Part shown: positions 56,166 through 63,643 of the stretch, piece after piece | Layout: each line of letters starts with the position of its first letter | Position numbering within the stretch: the first letter of the stretch is position 1 | Origin: Bacteroidales bacterium | Lineage (GTDB): Bacteria > Bacteroidota > Bacteroidia > Bacteroidales > JAFGHD01 | Length of the DNA: 63,643 nucleotides | Assembly (NCBI GenBank): GCA_016927695.1 | Contig: JAFGME010000037.1 | Span: 1-63,643, forward strand | Direction of reading: 5' to 3' | The notes under the pieces: model-generated | What the model was told of the DNA's origin: nothing | The model's input: the letters and a program-made list of their open reading frames with translations, nothing else | Database searches by the model: none | Made by a program: the position numbers and the translations under genes

Positions 56166-58481
56166 CTATTCAAATGGCCTGTTGTTAAATATAATAAAAC
56201 CCAGGTTAAAGTTAAAGGTAAACGGCTCGTCGCTGCCATCGTACCAGTTCACTCCCAGGCTGGCCGGCCCGAAAGGAAGGTGGTATACCATGGTCACAGA
56301 AGCCATATAATACCGGTTCGAAAAAATCTTTCCAAGCTCCACCGTGTTGTCATCCTTTTTTGAAATCTGGCTGAAAGGCTGAAATCCGTAAGCCTCCAAT
56401 CTTAAATCCAGGTTCTTGTTTAACAAAAAAACATTCTTTAATCCTAATGCGGCAAAATTATACGATCTGAACTGTGGAAGGAAAAGGGTTTTTGATTCAG
56501 GCACAGGCTGAAAAGCAGGCGCTGCAAGAACACTTGAGGTATAGTTGTTGAAAAGTTGCTGTGACGACAGGGTCACCTCACCGTAAAACCCCAGGTGCAA
56601 CGGGCCGATAGTCTCAAAATAATTATCATAGATCAGTCGTGTTTCAAGCCATTTATGATAAAATGTGTATTCATCCCTGTTCTTTGACGTAGAACCGGGC
56701 ACATTTCGTTCATTACCCAGAATGTACCTCGCCTGTATTTTCAGCATGGCGCCTGTGGAGGGATATTGTTTCCGGTTCAGGGAATTGAGGTGCAAAAGCA
56801 ATCCCGGGCTCACGAAATCAAAGGTTGTGTAATCCGCAGTGTCCAGCCTGCTGAACTGATTGGACGGATAATATTCGTCCTTTTTCCTTCCGGAAGATAT
56901 TCCAAGTGAGACTTTACCCTTTGGGGTTAACGGTATTCCTGTCTGATAATCCCAGAAATTATCAGTCTGAAGAATATAGGATGGATTTTTATCTTCAAAA
57001 AAATAAGTGGCCGTTTTGAAAAAATTCCATGCATTATAGGTGTATTTCATTTGCATAAAAACAGGCAACCGTCCGGGAAAGCTAAGTCTTCCGTTCAACT
57101 GTCCGGAATTGTAAAACCTGCCAAGATAGGTGTTTCCCCGGATGCTGAGAGAGTTTTTCCTCCAGTAATTGTAGCCTAATTGAATAAAAATTTCATTGGT
57201 GGTTCCGGATGAAACCAATCCGCCAATATCGGCAGTGAGCCTGTTTTCCCTCTTCATATCCAGATGCAGTGCAAAAGTGCTGTCGAAAGGATCGTAAATC
57301 AGTTTCGGGAAAATATAATCCACGTTTTCCTCAGAAGCCAGCTTAAAGTATTCAGGCCTGATCTCTTCTGCAGTATATTTCTGGGAATGGGATTTTTTTC
57401 GTAATGATCCCGCAAGCTGCTTATTGACATATACCTTCTGAAGGTCTGTAATGCCATCGATATCAAAGGAATCTACCGCCACAGGAGGGATTTTGGCTTT
57501 ATACTCCGCCCTCTTTTTTTCAACCTCCGACTCAGGGCAGAAACTACCGAATTTTTCCAGTATTTCAGGGATCATTCGTTGTGCCGCTGCATATCCGCTA
57601 TCGATAAAAGCCGAAGCATAGGAAAAATCCATCAGGTTTACCCGGTGCAACTCCGGAGAAATCAAAACGCCATTCTCCGCATTGATGACATATTCGGTCT
57701 TTTCCATCAGCATTGACTGTATCTGTGAAATAACATCATCCACCTCAGGAGGGCCATAGTTTGAGGCGGCTTTTGATCCGATGATGATGTCGGGGTTAAA
57801 ATCTTCGATCATGATGTTCACAGGAAAATTGTTATACATCCCCCCGTCGAACAGCAATCTCTTATCCACCATAACAGGCCTGAAATAGAAAGGGAAAGTC
57901 ATAGACGCCCTGACCGCTTCGCCTAAGTCGCCCGATTTCATGACATGCGCCCTGTTTTCCGAAATATCGGCTGCAACGCACCGGAAACCCACAAACAGAC
58001 TGTCAAAATCATATCCTGCAGCAGCAGCAGGGCCGGCAAACATTTCCATCAGCGCATAATCCATGGTATATGGGGTAACCAGGTTTGTAGGCAGCTTAAA
58101 GCTTAGTTTTGAATCGTATTTTATCTTGAATATCTGCCATGAAGCATTGGGATCGCCCTCCATGTAAAAATAGATATTCTTCTTGTTGAATCCTGGTGCG
58201 ACCCAGTGTATGATGTCGTCAGACTGAAAGATGTCCTCAATTTCCTGCACGCTGTATCCCGATGCATACAATGCACCAACCACGGCGCCCATGGATGTGC
58301 CTGTGATGTAATGTACCGGTATATTGTTTTCCTCCAAAGCCTTCAGTACACCTATGTGGGCAACCCCCTTTGCTCCACCGCCGCTGAGCACAAGGCCTAC
58401 TGTTTGTGAAAACGAAAACAGGCTTATAAGCATCAGGGCCAACATTCCTGTGAAACGTGTATTTTTGCAGCTAAATCTCAC
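56166..58481 (-). CDS. Patatin-like phospholipase with C-terminal beta-barrel (PlpD-like)
   Basis: LSGGGAKG, GTSMG, DGG motifs; TACTTTTG promoter on minus at 58538-58545. Confidence 0.9.
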   Translation of the reverse strand: MRFSCKNTRFTGMLALMLISLFSFSQTVGLVLSGGGAKGVAHIGVLKALEENNIPVHYITGTSMGAVVGALYASGYSVQEIEDIFQSDDIIHWVAPGFNKKNIYFYMEGDPNASWQIFKIKYDSKLSFKLPTNLVTPYTMDYALMEMFAGPAAAAGYDFDSLFVGFRCVAADISENRAHVMKSGDLGEAVRASMTFPFYFRPVMVDKRLLFDGGMYNNFPVNIMIEDFNPDIIIGSKAASNYGPPEVDDVISQIQSMLMEKTEYVINAENGVLISPELHRVNLMDFSYASAFIDSGYAAAQRMIPEILEKFGSFCPESEVEKKRAEYKAKIPPVAVDSFDIDGITDLQKVYVNKQLAGSLRKKSHSQKYTAEEIRPEYFKLASEENVDYIFPKLIYDPFDSTFALHLDMKRENRLTADIGGLVSSGTTNEIFIQLGYNYWRKNSLSIRGNTYLGRFYNSGQLNGRLSFPGRLPVFMQMKYTYNAWNFFKTATYFFEDKNPSYILQTDNFWDYQTGIPLTPKGKVSLGISSGRKKDEYYPSNQFSRLDTADYTTFDFVSPGLLLHLNSLNRKQYPSTGAMLKIQARYILGNERNVPGSTSKNRDEYTFYHKWLETRLIYDNYFETIGPLHLGFYGEVTLSSQQLFNNYTSSVLAAPAFQPVPESKTLFLPQFRSYNFAALGLKNVFLLNKNLDLRLEAYGFQPFSQISKKDDNTVELGKIFSNRYYMASVTMVYHLPFGPASLGVNWYDGSDEPFTFNFNLGFIIFNNRPFE

Positions 58482-58740
58482 CTCTGCAGTGGATTTTATG
58501 TATTAGTTTAAAAAAATGGTCCTTTTGTAACACCGGACAAAAGTATAGAGATAATCCCAATACGGGCAAATATTTGTCCCCGAATTTCGTGAATATCCGG
58601 AGGGGACCGGATCAAATTTGACAATAGAAGAACCATACCCTGCAACCCGTGGCGCCCCAAGCGCTTTTTCAACAACAAAATGTTGATAAAAACGTTGATT
58701 TATAAGCTTTTTCAAAGAACAGACAGAGTTGTTTTTAGCG

Positions 58741-58748
58741 TACCTTTG
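58741..58748 (+). promoter_or_regulatory. Bacteroidota -7 promoter element for gyrB
   Basis: TACCTTTG 35 nt upstream of the ATG. Confidence 0.65.
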
Positions 58749-58773
58749 TCTTTTAAATTTTATTCAATTTTAA

Positions 58774-60747
<1,974 letters not shown>

Positions 60748-60874
60748 TGATGAAGCTGTGAAACTGTTAGTCGCAGTTTTCCCTGTTTTGATGTATCTTT
60801 GTAAACGGTTTCACATATTTTAACAAATAAGCACAAATAGTCCGGTAATATCTTCTTTACTTTACAGTTTTAAT

Positions 60875-63034
60875 ATGACTTATTCATCGTTTATGAAAAA
60901 ATACAAGTACAGGCTGTTGTTTATTCCTGTTATGCTCATGGCAGTGAGCATTTTGCTTTTTGCCCACAAAAGCGGCAACAGCGATGACCAGAGAAGGGAG
61001 TTGCTGATAAAGGTGATGCAGTTTGCCATCAACAGCGGGCATTACCAGCCCGGCAGCTTTAATGATTCTTTTTCGTCCAGGGCCTTCGGAATTTATATTG
61101 AACGTCTGGACTACAATAAAAGGTTTTTGCTCCGGGAGGATTATCTTGCCCTGAAAAAGTTTGAAAACAAACTTGACGATGCTTTCCTCCAGATTAATTT
61201 CGAATTCCTGGATAAATCGGTGGATATCATTGAAGAGCGGATAGATGAATCGGATAAGTATTTTCATGACATCCTTTCACGGCCATTTGATTTTTCAAAA
61301 GATGAAATACTTGAGCTCGACCCGGAAAAGCTTGATTTTGCAGCAAGCCATGCAGAACTGAAAGACAGATGGCGCCTTTCATTGAAATATGAAACCCTTG
61401 TCAGGTTAAACGACATGCTTGAGGAGCAGGAAAAAGCCATGCAAAAAAGCGATACGGTTACAGAAAAGTCCTTTTCCGAACTTGAGGCTGAAGCGCGTGA
61501 AAAAATCCTGGAACGTTATGAAGACTGGTTCCACCGGTTATCACAGCTCAATGAAGATGACCGCCTCAACCTGTATGTCAACTCACTGGTGAATGTGCTG
61601 GACCCGCATACCCAATACTTTCCACCCAGGGATAAGGAAAACTTCGACATCCGTTTTTCAGGCCAGCTTGAAGGCATTGGAGCACAGCTCACACAGAAGG
61701 ATATTTATATTGAAGTGGTGAGGATCGTTCCGGGAAGCCCTTCATGGAAATTGGGAGAGCTTGAAGTGGGCGACCAGATACTCAAAGTGAAACAGGAGAA
61801 CGAAGAACCGGTGGATGTGGTGGATATGAGGCTGGATGATGCCGTGCAGCTGATCCGCGGGCCCAAAGGCAGCACTGTTACCCTGACTGTTAAAAAACTG
61901 GATGGCAACCTCCGTGACATTTCCATCGTGAGGGATGTTGTGATACTTGAAGAAACCTACGCCAAATCTGCCGTTGTTACCGATCCGGAGAGCAATATTA
62001 AAATCGGGTACATCAAACTTCCCTCCTTTTATGTTGACTTCGACAACAAAGAAGGAAGAAAGTGTTCCGAAGATATCAGGAAAGAACTGGCAAAACTTGA
62101 AAAAGAAAAGATTGAAGGTCTTATCTTCGACCTGAGGGACAACGGAGGGGGCTCATTGGAGGATGTAGTCAGCATTGCAGGTCTTTTCATCGACCAGGGC
62201 CCGGTGGTGCAGGTAAATGGGAAAGGTGGTACGAAAAGGGTGCTTCGTGACAATGATGCCGGAATCCATTATGACGGCCCGCTGCTGGTGATGGTGAATC
62301 CCATAAGCGCCTCAGCCTCAGAAATATTTGCAGCAGCCATGAAGGATTACGGACGCGCCCTCATCATCGGTTCTTCATCTACTTATGGCAAAGGTACCGT
62401 ACAAAACTTCACCGAGCTTGACAGGATGGTCTCCAGGGCGCCCGGAGATATGGCCCCCCTTGGTTCATTGAAAATGACAGTTCAGAAATTCTACCGCATC
62501 AACGGGGAATCCACCCAACTGAAAGGCGTGGTACCCGACGTTGTCATGCCGGATTATTACAGCTATATTGACTTCGGTGAGAAAGACCTTGACTTTGCCA
62601 TGGAATGGGACGAGATACAGCCACTTCCTTACAATCATTGGAATGCCTCGTATGATTTTGATTTCATTTCGGGGATATCTTCCAAAAGGATAGCCGGAGA
62701 TACCCTGTTTATGCTCGTGGATGAAAACGGAAAAAGACTGAAAGATATCCGGGAAGAAACCGGCATCAGCCTGAATTATGACGCCTTCAAAAGAGATCAG
62801 GAAAAACGGGAGGAAGAAGGAAAAAAATACGACAGGATAGGAAAAGACACTCTTGGTTTGCAACCTTTTGCCCTTCAGGAAGACCGGCTCGAAATGGCCA
62901 ATGACACCGCCAAAATCGCCCGTACGGAAGCCTGGCTGACCAATCTTAAAAAAGATGTTTATCTCTTTGAGGCAATGAATATCATGCAGGATATCCGCGA
63001 ATACCGTGCAGGTAAAGCCAAAAAAGAAGACTGA
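60875..63034 (+). CDS. prc: C-terminal processing (tail-specific) protease, S41
   Basis: DPHTQY, PDZ (GIGAQL), DLRDNGGGSL, SASASEIFA, GKGTVQ, QLKGVVPD; TATCTTTG promoter at 60794-60801. Confidence 0.95.
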   Translation: MTYSSFMKKYKYRLLFIPVMLMAVSILLFAHKSGNSDDQRRELLIKVMQFAINSGHYQPGSFNDSFSSRAFGIYIERLDYNKRFLLREDYLALKKFENKLDDAFLQINFEFLDKSVDIIEERIDESDKYFHDILSRPFDFSKDEILELDPEKLDFAASHAELKDRWRLSLKYETLVRLNDMLEEQEKAMQKSDTVTEKSFSELEAEAREKILERYEDWFHRLSQLNEDDRLNLYVNSLVNVLDPHTQYFPPRDKENFDIRFSGQLEGIGAQLTQKDIYIEVVRIVPGSPSWKLGELEVGDQILKVKQENEEPVDVVDMRLDDAVQLIRGPKGSTVTLTVKKLDGNLRDISIVRDVVILEETYAKSAVVTDPESNIKIGYIKLPSFYVDFDNKEGRKCSEDIRKELAKLEKEKIEGLIFDLRDNGGGSLEDVVSIAGLFIDQGPVVQVNGKGGTKRVLRDNDAGIHYDGPLLVMVNPISASASEIFAAAMKDYGRALIIGSSSTYGKGTVQNFTELDRMVSRAPGDMAPLGSLKMTVQKFYRINGESTQLKGVVPDVVMPDYYSYIDFGEKDLDFAMEWDEIQPLPYNHWNASYDFDFISGISSKRIAGDTLFMLVDENGKRLKDIREETGISLNYDAFKRDQEKREEEGKKYDRIGKDTLGLQPFALQEDRLEMANDTAKIARTEAWLTNLKKDVYLFEAMNIMQDIREYRAGKAKKED

Positions 63035-63218
63035 CCGGAAGCAGGGGATGTTTCCCGGAAAGTATTACAAAAAAATTCTGCATTTGGATTCAATGAAAGG
63101 TGTAATATGCAAAACACAGCATGTTTGACCTGCACTGATCAGCATTAACTTATATTTCCCGCAGATTTACGAAGGGTTTTGCAAAGATGCTTCAGCATTA
63201 ATACCGGCAGACCGGTTA

Positions 63219-63643
63219 TCAATGAACCCAGACTTTCCCAGAACTTACACCTTCCTGCGTCTGCACAACCACCACATAATACCCTTTTTGGGTAATGGCA
63301 ATCCTGTTCAAATCCGGTAAAAGGGACCTGTTATCTATTTCGCATCCAAGCAAATTATAAATACTGACAAGACCTTCCCTCATACCGGGGTTCGCAATGT
63401 AAAGGGTATTTTCCCATGTCCAAATCTGCAAAAGGTTTTCTTTCGGCATAAAGTGAAGCATGAGCCTGTCAGGGTTTTCGTCCGCCTGATAACTGAAATG
63501 ATAAACCCCATCACTTCCAAAGCTGTGCATGCGGCCGGTCTTCAGGTCTTCCAGCAATATCCGCAAATCATCCCCTACCGTACATTCGGAAAGTGACAGA
63601 GAATAACCGCCGCCGGCACCACAGGAAAACCCAATTGGAACCG
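63219..63643 (-). CDS. 3' end of a T9SS cargo protein (runs off window end)
   Basis: Frame open to the window end (VPIGFSCG...LLEDLKTG); CTD-like SIYNLLG...GYYVVVV...GKVWVH*. Confidence 0.75.
   Translation of the reverse strand, partial: VPIGFSCGAGGGYSLSLSECTVGDDLRILLEDLKTGRMHSFGSDGVYHFSYQADENPDRLMLHFMPKENLLQIWTWENTLYIANPGMREGLVSIYNLLGCEIDNRSLLPDLNRIAITQKGYYVVVVQTQEGVSSGKVWVH

Overview
This is a Bacteroidota (probably anaerobic Bacteroidales) chromosomal segment, judged from repeated TAnnTTTG promoter motifs, T9SS C-terminal domains, rnfBCD gene order and gyrB. Housekeeping and metabolic blocks: rnfB-C-D', a KDN-type nonulosonate operon, a glycogen GDE/GT4/GH57 operon, an OprC-type copper TBDR-MbnP-MbnH locus, two histidine kinases, suhB/DUF2061/nfeD/macrodomain, GH13 plus MFS, DUF349, patatin, gyrB and prc. 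The most interesting part is an accessory island at about 5.4-17.5 kb. It holds what looks like a decayed diversity-generating retroelement (DGR). A secreted protein carries two FISUMP domains whose last ~52 codons are hypervariable with an AAY-template-like codon pattern. It is followed by a GC hairpin and an avd-like gene broken by a 50-bp palindromic insertion; no template repeat or DGR RT is visible in the window. This cassette is bracketed by two complementary group II intron RT fragments in permuted order, plus a mirrored-repeat mini-element and other pseudogenes. Four otherwise unrelated secreted proteins share a ~225-aa module ending in twin dockerin-like Ca loops, at either the N- or C-terminus, which suggests a modular docking/display system. 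The GH57 carries a FliG-C-like tail. All family calls come from motif recognition by eye; no searches were run.
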